Part shown: positions 20,298 through 30,531 of the stretch, piece by piece
How positions within the stretch are numbered: the first letter of the stretch is position 1
Layout: every line of letters begins with the position of its first letter
From: Candidatus Woesearchaeota archaeon
Lineage (GTDB): Archaea > Nanobdellota > Nanobdellia > SCGC-AAA011-G17 > JACPIM01
Direction of reading: 5' to 3'
DNA length: 64,000 nt
Assembly: GCA_964513145.1 (NCBI GenBank)
Contig: CAZELK010000003.1
Span: forward strand, 48,870-112,869
Notes under the pieces: model-generated
Told to the model about the DNA's origin: nothing
Database searches by the model: none
The model's input: the letters and a program-made list of their open reading frames with translations, nothing else
Translations under genes and position numbers: made by a program

Positions 20298-21328
20298 TCA
20301 TATTCTTTTCTTAATTGAGGAACTTCTTTAATTAAATCTTCTAGTTTGTCCAGAGAAACATCTGTTCTTGGTTTTACATTATCCAATTTTGGAGAAAAAA
20401 TCTTTTTAGTATTGCCAAATGTAAATTTTTTTATTTGTTCATTATTAAGATATTTTTTTAACCATCTTAAAAATAAAGGAAATATCGGCAATTGCGGAAA
20501 ACCAGAAAAATAAGGTGGATTTAATTTTTCTTTTTTTATATGTGGAGCGTGATCACTTTCGTAAAAATCTAATTCATTATTAAAAAGCTTTTTTTGCATT
20601 GAAAGCATTCTATTTTCATCTCTTAATGGCGGGTTCTTTTTTCTGTATATTCCATTAAATTCTTTCATAAGACCTTCATGCATAAGCAAATGCTGGGGAC
20701 CAACTCCAACACTTAATTTTTCTTTTAATAGATGTCTATGGCACATTTCAACAGATTCTGGACACGATGCATGAGCTATATGAAGCCTTCCTTGATATCT
20801 ATTTTCCAAAGCATCTCCAAGCATGTCAGAAACAGAGGCGATTTCAGCTATTGGAGGTCTATTGCAACAATGGCTTATCGGGTTATTTGGATTAAAATCT
20901 TTTACAATGAAATCTTCTTTTTCACAGTGTGTCATTAGAACACCTTTATAATTTTCTTTTGCCAGGATTTCGAAAACTTTTCTTTGATCCTTTCTTTTAT
21001 CTACTTTAGTTTCCCCAACAGAATGTCCTGCAAACATTTTAAAACCAATTGCTTCCTTGTATTTATACCATAATTCAATTGCTTTTTCTATCTGCTTTGT
21101 CTGTGGAGTTAACAATATCCACTGAAAGAATTCTACTGAAGAATTTACTTTTACTGCTTTGTCTTGATAATATAGAAATGCTTCTTCATCTATAGTTGCT
21201 GGATCCCCATTTCCAACACTAGCTATAGCACTCATTCCAACTCTATATGCAACAGAAAGAATATGTTCAATAGTTTCTTTATAGGCCTGCTTTCCATCTC
21301 TAGCATGGACATGAATATCAATAAACAT
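20270..21328 (-). CDS. pyrC: dihydroorotase-like amidohydrolase (type II-like)
   Basis: DIHVHARDG metal-binding start, ...PQHLLMH..., ...SDHAPH..., matching the PyrC motif order. Convergent with pyrD. Confidence 0.55.
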   Translation of the reverse strand: MFIDIHVHARDGKQAYKETIEHILSVAYRVGMSAIASVGNGDPATIDEEAFLYYQDKAVKVNSSVEFFQWILLTPQTKQIEKAIELWYKYKEAIGFKMFAGHSVGETKVDKRKDQRKVFEILAKENYKGVLMTHCEKEDFIVKDFNPNNPISHCCNRPPIAEIASVSDMLGDALENRYQGRLHIAHASCPESVEMCHRHLLKEKLSVGVGPQHLLMHEGLMKEFNGIYRKKNPPLRDENRMLSMQKKLFNNELDFYESDHAPHIKKEKLNPPYFSGFPQLPIFPLFLRWLKKYLNNEQIKKFTFGNTKKIFSPKLDNVKPRTDVSLDKLEDLIKEVPQLRKEYDYDAWEGIL

Positions 21329-21359
21329 AAATTAATTTTTTTAATTTGAAATATAAGTA

Positions 21360-23378
21360 TTATTGTATTCTTGCACCCAGATCTATATCTTTGTCAGGAG
21401 TTATTAATGTAACTTTATTGTCTTTCACTGCAGCCAAAATCATACCAGCACTTTCTTCGCCCCGAATTTTAACAGGCTCCAGGTTTCGAAAAACAACAAC
21501 TTTTTTATTTAACAATTCTTCTTTTGAATAATGCTGTTTTAAGCCGGCAACTAACTGAATATTTTGTTCTACAGAACTAATATCTACCAAGACAATATAT
21601 AATTTTTCTGCATTAGGATGATCTTTTACTGCTTTTATTTTTCCAATTCTTAAATCTAATTTTTGCCAGTCGCTAAATTTAATTTTGTCCATAGTAATTA
21701 TACCTATATTTTCTTCTTTTATAGGTTTTGGTATGTTTTTTAAAATATCAAACTCTGTGACAGTTGAAGTTATTCTTTTTAATTCTTCAATTTCTTTCTT
21801 CTCAATAACTTTAAACAAGGGATTGGGCTCATTGATTTTATGATTTTTTAAATTAAATTTATCGACTTTAATCCAATCACTTTCTTTACAGTTTAACATA
21901 CCCAAAATCTTTTTAGAAGCATTTGGTAAGAAAGGACTTATCGTTAAACCAAGAATTTTACATAAATTAGCACAATTGAATATTACATCTTTATTTTTCG
22001 TTTTCCATGGTTCTTTTTCATCAAAATATTTATTTCCCAGATCTGATAATCTTAATATTTCTTTTAAAGCATCTTTTAATTCAACTTTTTCAAATGATTT
22101 TTTTATTATTTTTATCTGCTTTTTTATTTTATTCTCGAATTTTTTATCTATTTTGCCTGAAGGTATTTTTTTATCAAAATTATTTGCAATGAATTTTAGA
22201 ACTCGGTTTATATAATTTCCAAAATTTCCATTTAACTCACTATTTATTCTATTTTCAAATTCTTTCCAAGAAAAATCAGTATCTTTTGTTTCTGGAATTA
22301 TATAGGATAAATAAAATCGCCAATAATCAGAGTCTAAACCTGTCTTAGATAAATTCTCACAAAATACGCCCCTATTTTTACTTTTAGAAAATTTTCCCCC
22401 TTCATAATTTAAATATTGCAATCCAACTACATTATAAGGCAAATTAAATTTTCCATGAGCTAAAAGTTCTGCAGGGAAAAATATAGTATGGAATGGAATG
22501 TTGTCTTTTCCAATAAAATGGTAAACTTTTCCTTGTTTTGATTTCCAATATTTTGTCCAATTTTTTGAATATTCTTTAATGAAACTAATATAACCTAATG
22601 CATTTTCTAGCCATACGTAAAAAACTTTATTTTCAAAACCTTTGAGTGGTACCTTGATTCCCCATGATAAATCTCTGGTTATGCATCTCTGTCTTAAACC
22701 TTCTTTTATCCAAGCCAAAGCCATTTGTCTTACTTGGGGGCGCCAATGTTTATTAGATTTAATCCATTTCTCTAATTTTTTTGATAATTTACTTAAATCG
22801 AAGAATAAATGTTTCTCATTTTTAAATTCTATATTTTGAAGATTACAAATTGCACATTTAGGATTATTTAATTTTTCAGGATCTAATAATTTACCACATT
22901 TTTCACACTGATCTCCTCTTGCGCCTTCGTAATTACAAAAAGGACAGTTTCCTTCTATAAATCTATCTGGTAATTGTCTTTTACAATTATTACAATATGG
23001 TAATTTTAATTTTCCTTCTATAAAATAACCTTTTTTATAAAGTTTGAGAAAAAAATCTTTTACGAACTCATGATGGCTTTTATTACTTGTTCTTGAGAAA
23101 TTATCATAGTTAAAATTAAACCAATCATAAATATCTTTATGAACTTTAAAATAAAAATCACATAATTCTTTTGGTGTAACTTTATTTTTTAATGCAGCTA
23201 CTTCGGATGTAGTTCCATGTTCGTCAGTTCCACCAATAAATAAACATTCATAATTATTTAATTTGCAATATCTATAAAATACATCTGCTGGCAAATGACT
23301 TCCTACAATATTGCCCAAATGGGGAACATTATTAACAAATGGAAGAGCGGCTGTTATTAATCTATATTCCTTTTTCAT
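21360..23378 (-). CDS. metG: methionyl-tRNA synthetase with C-terminal tRNA-binding (EMAP/Trbp111-like) domain
   Basis: HIGH-type HLGNIVGS, KFSKSK (KMSKS), Cys knuckles CNNC...CPFC...CEKC...CAIC; C-terminal OB tRNA-binding domain. Confidence 0.9.
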   Translation of the reverse strand: MKKEYRLITAALPFVNNVPHLGNIVGSHLPADVFYRYCKLNNYECLFIGGTDEHGTTSEVAALKNKVTPKELCDFYFKVHKDIYDWFNFNYDNFSRTSNKSHHEFVKDFFLKLYKKGYFIEGKLKLPYCNNCKRQLPDRFIEGNCPFCNYEGARGDQCEKCGKLLDPEKLNNPKCAICNLQNIEFKNEKHLFFDLSKLSKKLEKWIKSNKHWRPQVRQMALAWIKEGLRQRCITRDLSWGIKVPLKGFENKVFYVWLENALGYISFIKEYSKNWTKYWKSKQGKVYHFIGKDNIPFHTIFFPAELLAHGKFNLPYNVVGLQYLNYEGGKFSKSKNRGVFCENLSKTGLDSDYWRFYLSYIIPETKDTDFSWKEFENRINSELNGNFGNYINRVLKFIANNFDKKIPSGKIDKKFENKIKKQIKIIKKSFEKVELKDALKEILRLSDLGNKYFDEKEPWKTKNKDVIFNCANLCKILGLTISPFLPNASKKILGMLNCKESDWIKVDKFNLKNHKINEPNPLFKVIEKKEIEELKRITSTVTEFDILKNIPKPIKEENIGIITMDKIKFSDWQKLDLRIGKIKAVKDHPNAEKLYIVLVDISSVEQNIQLVAGLKQHYSKEELLNKKVVVFRNLEPVKIRGEESAGMILAAVKDNKVTLITPDKDIDLGARIQ

Positions 23379-23593
23379 TTACCAAATTTCCTGTTTCTTT
23401 CTAAAATATTGAGTTTTGCAAGTTTTAAATTCTTTACCCTTTTTTCATGCTTTAAATAAGATTCTATTTTTGTTAGTAGTTTGTATAAATCTTTCTTTTT
23501 TGTAATTGCTAATGTCCAGCAAACTTACGAAAAAATCGGAAAGTCTCCGAAAATAGATTTTAAATCAAATTTTTAATTATTTAAATTTTCACA

Positions 23594-24015
23594 TTAAAAT
23601 GGTTCGTTTGAAACCCATAGACTTACTGCCTTACAAATAGTCAAATATCTTGTAACTCCTTTTTTATTGCAGCACAATTCCAAAGTTTGTCCGTTTTTTA
23701 TTGGTATTTCTCTAGTAATTGTTTCTTTAATGAACAACCAGGATTTTTTTGTTTCTTCAATCATGCCTACAGTTTCATTGCTTTTGAATATCTGTGTATA
23801 AAGCCCAGAATATTCTGATATTGGGGAGATTTTTCCATGCGGACTGCCAATATATCTCGATATAACTGAATCAAAATAAGGAAGAAGTATTTTATTTCCT
23901 TCAACAATTATATCAAAACTAATGTGCTTTGACTGTCTATGAATTTCAAATTCTTTATTTAGTTCTACCTGACCAATTTTTTCATTTAATCTATAAACAG
24001 TCAAATAAAGCATTC
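23594..24015 (-). CDS. hypothetical protein (start uncertain; the longest ORF extends to 24214)
   Basis: The longest ORF overlaps the divergent + gene by about 150 nt. An internal Met (MLYLTVYR) would give about 50 nt for divergent promoters. Confidence 0.3.
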
Positions 24016-24065
24016 TCTTTATTGTTTTTACATTAGTATTTAAATAAGTTGTTTTTCTTTTATTC

Positions 24066-24869
24066 ATGTTAATTAGTTCGAATGAATTAAGAAATATTAA
24101 AAAAGCAATTGACAATGAATTGGGAGAAATAGAAATCTCTTTAGATTTGGGATTAAGCAAAACTAAAATTAAACTAAATAAAGAAGGCTTTTTTATTGAA
24201 AATAATCTTGTCAAAATTAAAAATATTAAACAGGGTGATAAAAGCTGTTATTTTATTAATGAGAATAAATTAGAAAAATTGCAGTTCATAGACCATGAAA
24301 CAGGGAAATTTTACAAATTAGTTCCAACACAATTCAGACCAATTTTAAAAATATCCGGGACTTCGATGCATAAAAAAGAGTTTTTAGACAGATTACAAAG
24401 AGACAAACTTTATGGCGATGTTTTGGATTCTGGAACTGGATTAGGATATAGCTCCATTATTATTTCCAAAACTGCTGATAAAGTTACAACTGTAGAAATT
24501 GATGAAAATGTTATTCAAGTTGCAAAATTAAACCCGTATTCTCAAGATTTATTTGACAATAAGAAAATTATCATTATTAGCGGAAATATTTGCCAGGAAA
24601 TCAAGAAATTTGCAAATGAGGAATTTGATTTTGTTGTTCTTGACGGCGGGAGTGTAAAAGGGTCTGACGAATTTTTTTCTTTAAATAATTATAAAGAAGT
24701 TTTCAGGGTTTTAAAGAGAAAAGGCAAGCTATATCACTATGTGCCAAAGCATCAAATTAAAAGGGGAAGGGATTTTGCAACTGAAGTTATCAGCAAGTTA
24801 AAAAAGGTTGGGTTTAAAAGAGTTTTTAGGGATGAAGAAGGAAGTTACTTAATTGCACAGAAAAGTTAA
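24066..24869 (+). CDS. class I SAM-dependent methyltransferase with N-terminal extension
   Basis: GDVLDSGTGLGYSSII (motif I) ... VVLDGG. Confidence 0.55.
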   Translation: MLISSNELRNIKKAIDNELGEIEISLDLGLSKTKIKLNKEGFFIENNLVKIKNIKQGDKSCYFINENKLEKLQFIDHETGKFYKLVPTQFRPILKISGTSMHKKEFLDRLQRDKLYGDVLDSGTGLGYSSIIISKTADKVTTVEIDENVIQVAKLNPYSQDLFDNKKIIIISGNICQEIKKFANEEFDFVVLDGGSVKGSDEFFSLNNYKEVFRVLKRKGKLYHYVPKHQIKRGRDFATEVISKLKKVGFKRVFRDEEGSYLIAQKS

Positions 24870-24906
24870 TGATAACTTATAAATATCGGATTTAATTCTT
24901 TAAACT

Positions 24907-25323
24907 ATGATAAAAACAAGAACTGCAAAGAAAACTGATTTAAAATATTGCGAAAAAATAAGCAAAACCCCAGAACTTCAAATAGATTTTTACGGCAATT
25001 ATCCAAATACAGCTTATTTAAAAGAATACCTGGGGAGATTATTTATAGTTGCTGAAGAATCTGGTCAAATTGTCGGATATGTTGTTGGCGAGAGAGATAA
25101 ATCAAAATCAGTTTCTTTAGTTTTATTGATTGTGAGCAGCAAGCATAGGGACAGAGGAACAGGAAAACTTTTGATTAATGAATTTATTAAACGTGCTAAA
25201 AAAATGAAATTAAAAGAAATAATAACTCTTGTTCCCAACTGGAATAACAATACAATGCAATTTTATAAGAAAAATGGGTTTATTGAGATGAAATATTACA
25301 CTTATTTTACAAAGGAAATTTAG
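24907..25323 (+). CDS. GNAT family N-acetyltransferase
   Basis: RGTGKLLINEFIKRAK acetyl-CoA binding motif (R/Q-x-x-G-x-G/A). Confidence 0.7.
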   Translation: MIKTRTAKKTDLKYCEKISKTPELQIDFYGNYPNTAYLKEYLGRLFIVAEESGQIVGYVVGERDKSKSVSLVLLIVSSKHRDRGTGKLLINEFIKRAKKMKLKEIITLVPNWNNNTMQFYKKNGFIEMKYYTYFTKEI

Positions 25324-25934
25324 CAAGAATTTAAAATCTTAGGAATTGTTATCGATTTATCTGCACATTCCTCTTCATTTGAAATAGGAACAAATTTTAT
25401 ATAATTTATTTCTGGGAATTTGCTTTTTATTTCTCGCTCTTCGAAAATAGATAATTTAATTGATAAATAAACTATTTTTTCATTATAAAAAATAAAATCT
25501 TTTTCATTTGCCAATTTATCATTTATATAATATTTAAATTTACTAAATGTTATGCCTTCATTTTTTACACTTATGATTATTTTATCATCTAATTTACAAG
25601 CTCTTTGCAACGAGATAGATATCGGACTGCAAAAAACTGAATTATCTTCAGAATTTTTACCAAAAACAAATAATGCTGATATTATTAATGCTGCTAAAAC
25701 AATCAATGCAGGGATTAATACATAATAATTCAGGATTCTTTCTTTTATGTTTTCTATAGAAGTTTTTGTTTTTAATTCAACTACTGGTTTTTTTATTTCC
25801 TTTAAGTCTTTTGTTAATAGATCGACTTCTTCTTTTATATAACCGAAGTTAATAAGATTTTGTTTTATTTTTTCTATAGAATAGCCTTGATTTATTGAAT
25901 CGTCCACCCATTTTTTTATTTTATCATCTAACAT
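25320..25934 (-). CDS. hypothetical membrane protein
   Basis: Single central TM segment; 204 aa. Confidence 0.4.
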   Translation of the reverse strand: MLDDKIKKWVDDSINQGYSIEKIKQNLINFGYIKEEVDLLTKDLKEIKKPVVELKTKTSIENIKERILNYYVLIPALIVLAALIISALFVFGKNSEDNSVFCSPISISLQRACKLDDKIIISVKNEGITFSKFKYYINDKLANEKDFIFYNEKIVYLSIKLSIFEEREIKSKFPEINYIKFVPISNEEECADKSITIPKILNSC

Positions 25935-26027
25935 TATAACCTATTTATAGAAAAAGATTGTACATTTTAAAGGTTTTTATCAATAATTTTCCTTCTTGTT
26001 AGAAATGCAAATATTCTGAAAAATAAA

Positions 26028-28118
26028 TCATAAAAATAAAGGAGCAAGTACTAACATTAAAGTTCCTAATAATTTAATTAAAACATGTAAAGATGGACCA
26101 TTTACATCCTTTGTAATGTCTCCTACAACATCACCAGTTACTGCCGCTTTGTGAGCTTCAGAACCTTTTCCACCATGAAATCCGGATTCAATATATTTTT
26201 TTGCGTTGTCCCAAGCACCACCAGAATTATTCATTAAAATGGCTAATAAAATCCCTGAAATAGTTCCGATTACTAAAAAAGCTGCAGCAGCTTCAGCTTT
26301 TAATAAAAATCCTACAACTGCTGTTGCAACAACAATTAATAAACCAGGAATCATCATCTCTCTTAAAGCGTTTTTAGTGCAAATGTCTACACAAGCTGCG
26401 TAATCAGGTTTGTCTTTTCCCTGCATAATCTTTTTTTCTTTAAATTGTCTTCTAACTTCTTCTACAACAGTCATTGCTGTATCACTTACTGCTTTGAATG
26501 TGAAGGAACTAAATAAAAAAATTAACATTGCTCCTAATAATCCGCCAACAAAAACTTCTATTTTAGAGATATCAATTGTTATTATTTCTCCAGTTAATGA
26601 TTTTACTTCGTCTAAATAAGCTGTGAATAATAAAAAAGCAGCCAATGCAGCTGAACCAACAGCATAACCTTTTGTTAATGCTTTTGTTGTATTGCCTGTT
26701 GAATCTAATTTTCCAATTATTTTTAAAACATTTTTGTCTTTTACTCCGGACATTTCTGCTATACCCCCAGCATTATCTGCAATAGGACCGAAAATATCCA
26801 TAGCCAAAATATAAGCAACAGTAGACAATAAACCAATTGTTGCAACTGCTGTCCCATATAAACCACCAATTAAATTTCCAGAGTCATCAATTATATCCGT
26901 ATATTGTCCAAATTTATATGATAAAATTAAAGCTATAGATAGAATTATTACTGGTGCTGCTGTACTTTCCAAAGCATAAGCGAAACCAGTAATTACATTT
27001 GTTGCATGACCTTTTTCAGATGCTTTTGCAATTTCTTTTACAGGCTTGAAATAATGATGAGTATAATAAGTAGTGTTTATGAACAATAAAATTCCAGTAA
27101 CTAAACCAACCAAAGATGCATAAAAAAACCAGATATTATTGAATAAACCTAATCCTATATTAACACCAAAAATACTTGATTTCATAATTATAAAATATAA
27201 AAATATTGCTGATAAAATTGTTGTAATTAAATAACCTCTTGACATTGATTTCATCGGATCTTCTTCATTTTTGGATTTTGTCAGCATTACCCCGATAATA
27301 GAAGCAATTAGACCAAAAGCCATTGCTGTCAAAGGAAACAAAATTCCGTTTAACCCGAATACATTAAACAAGGCTACACCTATAATCATAGCACCAATAT
27401 TTTCAGCTGCAGTACTTTCAAATATATCAGCACCTCTTCCTGCACAGTCTCCAACATTGTCACCAACTAAGTCAGCAATTACTGCTGGATTTCTTGGGTC
27501 GTCTTCTGGTATATCTTGTTCGACTTTACCCACTAAGTCTGCACCAATATCTGCTGCTTTTGTGTAAATTCCACCACCTAATTGCGCAAATAAAGCAACA
27601 AAAGAAGCTCCAAACCCAAAACCAACTAGCAAGAAAGGAATTTCTTTCGGAGTATAGTAAAATGAATCAATATAATATAGTAAAGTTACTCCCAATAATG
27701 ACAAAGTTATAATTGTTAAACCAGCAACTGCCCCTGCTCTTAAAGAAATTTTTAGTGCTTTGTCTAAAGATGAAGAAGCTGCTGCAGTTCTTATGTTCGC
27801 TCTTATTGAAATCCACATACTCACTAAACCAGCCAATGATGAGGAAGCTGCGCCAAATAAAAATGATAATGAAGTTAATAACCCCAAACTTTGTTTTCCT
27901 ATGAAATAATATATTAAATATATTATAATTGCCAATAATAAAGCTAAAATTCCAATTGTGGAATATTGTCTTTTCATAAAAGCATTTGAACCTTCTTTTA
28001 TCGCGTTTGCAACATTCTGCATTTCTTTTGTTCCAGTATTTTCATTGAGAACATAATGGGCTAGATAAATAGCAACAAATATTGAAATCAATGACAACAC
28101 TATTATGTATTCTAGCAT
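26028..28118 (-). CDS. hppA: membrane-bound proton/sodium-translocating pyrophosphatase
   Basis: GDNVGDCAGRGADIFES and the GGIAEMS...D-rich motifs of V-type H+-PPase; about 16 TM segments. Confidence 0.9.
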   Translation of the reverse strand: MLEYIIVLSLISIFVAIYLAHYVLNENTGTKEMQNVANAIKEGSNAFMKRQYSTIGILALLLAIIIYLIYYFIGKQSLGLLTSLSFLFGAASSSLAGLVSMWISIRANIRTAAASSSLDKALKISLRAGAVAGLTIITLSLLGVTLLYYIDSFYYTPKEIPFLLVGFGFGASFVALFAQLGGGIYTKAADIGADLVGKVEQDIPEDDPRNPAVIADLVGDNVGDCAGRGADIFESTAAENIGAMIIGVALFNVFGLNGILFPLTAMAFGLIASIIGVMLTKSKNEEDPMKSMSRGYLITTILSAIFLYFIIMKSSIFGVNIGLGLFNNIWFFYASLVGLVTGILLFINTTYYTHHYFKPVKEIAKASEKGHATNVITGFAYALESTAAPVIILSIALILSYKFGQYTDIIDDSGNLIGGLYGTAVATIGLLSTVAYILAMDIFGPIADNAGGIAEMSGVKDKNVLKIIGKLDSTGNTTKALTKGYAVGSAALAAFLLFTAYLDEVKSLTGEIITIDISKIEVFVGGLLGAMLIFLFSSFTFKAVSDTAMTVVEEVRRQFKEKKIMQGKDKPDYAACVDICTKNALREMMIPGLLIVVATAVVGFLLKAEAAAAFLVIGTISGILLAILMNNSGGAWDNAKKYIESGFHGGKGSEAHKAAVTGDVVGDITKDVNGPSLHVLIKLLGTLMLVLAPLFL

Positions 28119-28154
28119 ATTAAAAAACTCTAAATTAAGAATTTATAAATCTAA

Positions 28155-28496
28155 TTATTTTTTATAACCTACAAAACTAGGGCCCCAAGCTGTATAAATT
28201 AAATCAAACTCTGATTCATTAATTTTAAATCTCCATCTCCCCTGGACCCAAGTAGCCAAGAAGTTATTTGAAAAACTTATTTGTGTTGCTTTTACGTTTT
28301 TTAATGTTTCATCTATTAATTTTGGATTATCCCTATAATCTTTCCTTGAATCCCAAACATTTAAGTCTATATCATGATATTCAGAATATCTTGAAGCACT
28401 GCCCCTTATACCTGCTTTTAATTCTTTTGACTCCAGAGCTTTAATCAATATACCTAAATTATTTTTGTCTTTTTCTTTTATATGTTCAAATGTCAT
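28155..28496 (-). CDS. hypothetical protein
   Basis: 113 aa ORF. Confidence 0.4.
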   Translation of the reverse strand: MTFEHIKEKDKNNLGILIKALESKELKAGIRGSASRYSEYHDIDLNVWDSRKDYRDNPKLIDETLKNVKATQISFSNNFLATWVQGRWRFKINESEFDLIYTAWGPSFVGYKK

Positions 28497-28536
28497 ATTT
28501 TTATTTTAAATTATTTGTTTTTAAATTTACTGTAAC

Positions 28537-28624
28537 TGCAGTAGCAGGGATTTGAACCCTGGTCAGAGCCTTGGGAAGGCCCAATATTAGTTCTTTTATT
28601 GTCTAACCACTATACTACTACTGC
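28537..28624 (-). tRNA. tRNA-Gly(CCC) with a 13-15 nt non-canonical intron at the D-loop/D-stem junction
   Basis: Reverse complement GCAGTAG-TA-GTAT-AGTGGTTAG[ACAATAAAAGAACTA]ATAT-T-GGGCC-TTCCCAA-GGCTC-TGAC-CAGGG-TTCAAAT-CCCTG-CTACTGC-A. All stems pair. 88 nt total versus about 74 expected. Confidence 0.6.
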
Positions 28625-28684
28625 TTTATCATCATTCTGAAATAGTTATAAATATTTATATATAATGCTTTTTTAATTTTAATA

Positions 28685-29092
28685 ATGCCAAAGAGAGGTA
28701 AGAAAGTAATTAATAAAAAAATAAATGTTACTAAAGAAACTAAACATAGATCATTAAATTTTGGACATTTCTTTTTCAGCTTAAGTATATTATTGGTAAT
28801 TCTTTTTACAATAGCTGACCCTAATCATTTAAGCGGGAATAAGGGTGCATTTTTATTGATTTTGGGTGCAATTGTTGGTTTTTTGGATGTCAATAAAAGA
28901 GAAGCGCCTTATTTTTTATTAGCTTCAGTAAGTTTAATGATTGCAAGCGCAGCACCAGTCCAGGTTATAGAATATTTTGGAATTGGAACTTATATTAAAG
29001 CTGCTTTACTAAATATGGCTATATTCTTGAGCTTAGCTGTTGTTATGGTTTCTTTGAAAATAATTTACAGAATTTATTTAGAATCAAAATAA
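28685..29092 (+). CDS. hypothetical membrane protein
   Basis: Four predicted TM helices. Confidence 0.4.
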   Translation: MPKRGKKVINKKINVTKETKHRSLNFGHFFFSLSILLVILFTIADPNHLSGNKGAFLLILGAIVGFLDVNKREAPYFLLASVSLMIASAAPVQVIEYFGIGTYIKAALLNMAIFLSLAVVMVSLKIIYRIYLESK

Positions 29093-29127
29093 GTTTTTCT
29101 TAAAAAAACCTTGAAAAAGAATGAAAT

Positions 29128-29457
29128 TTAGAAATCCTTGACTTCCTTTATTATTTTAAGATCTACTTGCTTGATTGCATCTTTATTGCAATATGGGCAA
29201 GATTTGTTAAGGATGCTTTTATTTCTTGTAAATTTGAAACCGCAGGCTTCACAATAATATTTCATTTTTTCTTCTTTTGAAGAACTTATTTCTTTTTTAA
29301 TTTCCTCTAAAGAATTGCTTACATCTTTTGCCTTGTTGAAACATGAAACACATATCATTACGTCGCTATTTTGGTTTTCTTTTTTTAATTCAGAAGGGTG
29401 TACTTTTTTATTACATTTTCTGCAGACTACAATTATATCATCAAACATAGAAGGCAT
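29128..29457 (-). CDS. zinc-ribbon protein
   Basis: CRKC...CVSC and CEAC...CPYC ribbon pairs. Confidence 0.45.
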   Translation of the reverse strand: MPSMFDDIIVVCRKCNKKVHPSELKKENQNSDVMICVSCFNKAKDVSNSLEEIKKEISSSKEEKMKYYCEACGFKFTRNKSILNKSCPYCNKDAIKQVDLKIIKEVKDF

Positions 29458-29528
29458 AAAGTTTTTCCTATATTTAAAATTTATTGTCTTTGTTTGTAAA
29501 CTTTCGAAAAATCTATAAATAGCTGGGA

Positions 29529-30527
29529 TTGCATAAAAGGATGAACAGGCTGAATGTTTATGTTGTCTGGATGCTTATTTTTATGACTGTTTTTCTTTAT
29601 GGATGCTCAGATGGAGAAACTACTGAAAGCGGTGGAGCTCTTAAAGAATGGAAGGAAAAGATATTGGAAAATACTGGACCAGACAGCGAAGCGTCAAAGA
29701 CAATAGTCAGATGTGAGACAGCAATAAACAAACAAAAAGAAACTTGTTCACAACGCGAGGGCTGGAGCATTGTTAATGCTATGGAAATTACAGATTTTAA
29801 ATCAAGCAAAAGTTATAGTTTTCAGGATGTTCAGCAAGGTGGCTGTCCTGGCAAATCACCTGATGGCAAGGAATATGATCGAAATGTGGAGACTGGAACT
29901 ATTGTTACACAAACTGAAAGTGATTCTTCATATCAAGTTGCATGCAATGTTGTTTGTAATTGGTGGGAATGCAAAGAAAAAACAGACAGATTAAAACCAG
30001 AAACTTGGACTGGAGAAATAACTGCAAAATTAGATGATCTTGGTGCATCATGCAGTGATGGGGAAGTTTCTTTAAGCTATATTTTTACATTAAATTCGCC
30101 AGTAAGTTTGGTTTCTGCGATTAAAGGTGAACAAGAAATTACACTTTGGTCAGAACCAAGCTATAAAGAGGCAAGCGGAATTATTAAGGGAACTGCTGTT
30201 GTCAATAATCAACCTTCTAAATCAGGAGTTATTTACTGTGAACTAGAAGAAGGTCAAAGCGAGGAAGTTCCAATTAATTTCTTTGCTACTGGAGATGAAT
30301 CTGCTATCCAAATTTCAGAACCACCAGGATCTCAACAAAATATAAGAACACCAAGATTTGGGCAGGAATATTATTTTCACGAAGAAGCTGGATTAACTGA
30401 CCAATCTTTCCTAGCTGGTTTTCCACCAATATTATTAGCTACCTCAATTTCCGAAACTAAAATTTCAGGTTCTTTAAAACCAGGATTTGGATATTTGGGA
30501 ACATTTACATTAACAAAAACCAATTAA
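29529..30527 (+). CDS. secreted lipoprotein-like protein
   Basis: Signal peptide with lipobox-like LYGCS; Cys-rich mature region. Confidence 0.45.
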   Translation: MHKRMNRLNVYVVWMLIFMTVFLYGCSDGETTESGGALKEWKEKILENTGPDSEASKTIVRCETAINKQKETCSQREGWSIVNAMEITDFKSSKSYSFQDVQQGGCPGKSPDGKEYDRNVETGTIVTQTESDSSYQVACNVVCNWWECKEKTDRLKPETWTGEITAKLDDLGASCSDGEVSLSYIFTLNSPVSLVSAIKGEQEITLWSEPSYKEASGIIKGTAVVNNQPSKSGVIYCELEEGQSEEVPINFFATGDESAIQISEPPGSQQNIRTPRFGQEYYFHEEAGLTDQSFLAGFPPILLATSISETKISGSLKPGFGYLGTFTLTKTN

Positions 30528-30531
30528 AAAA

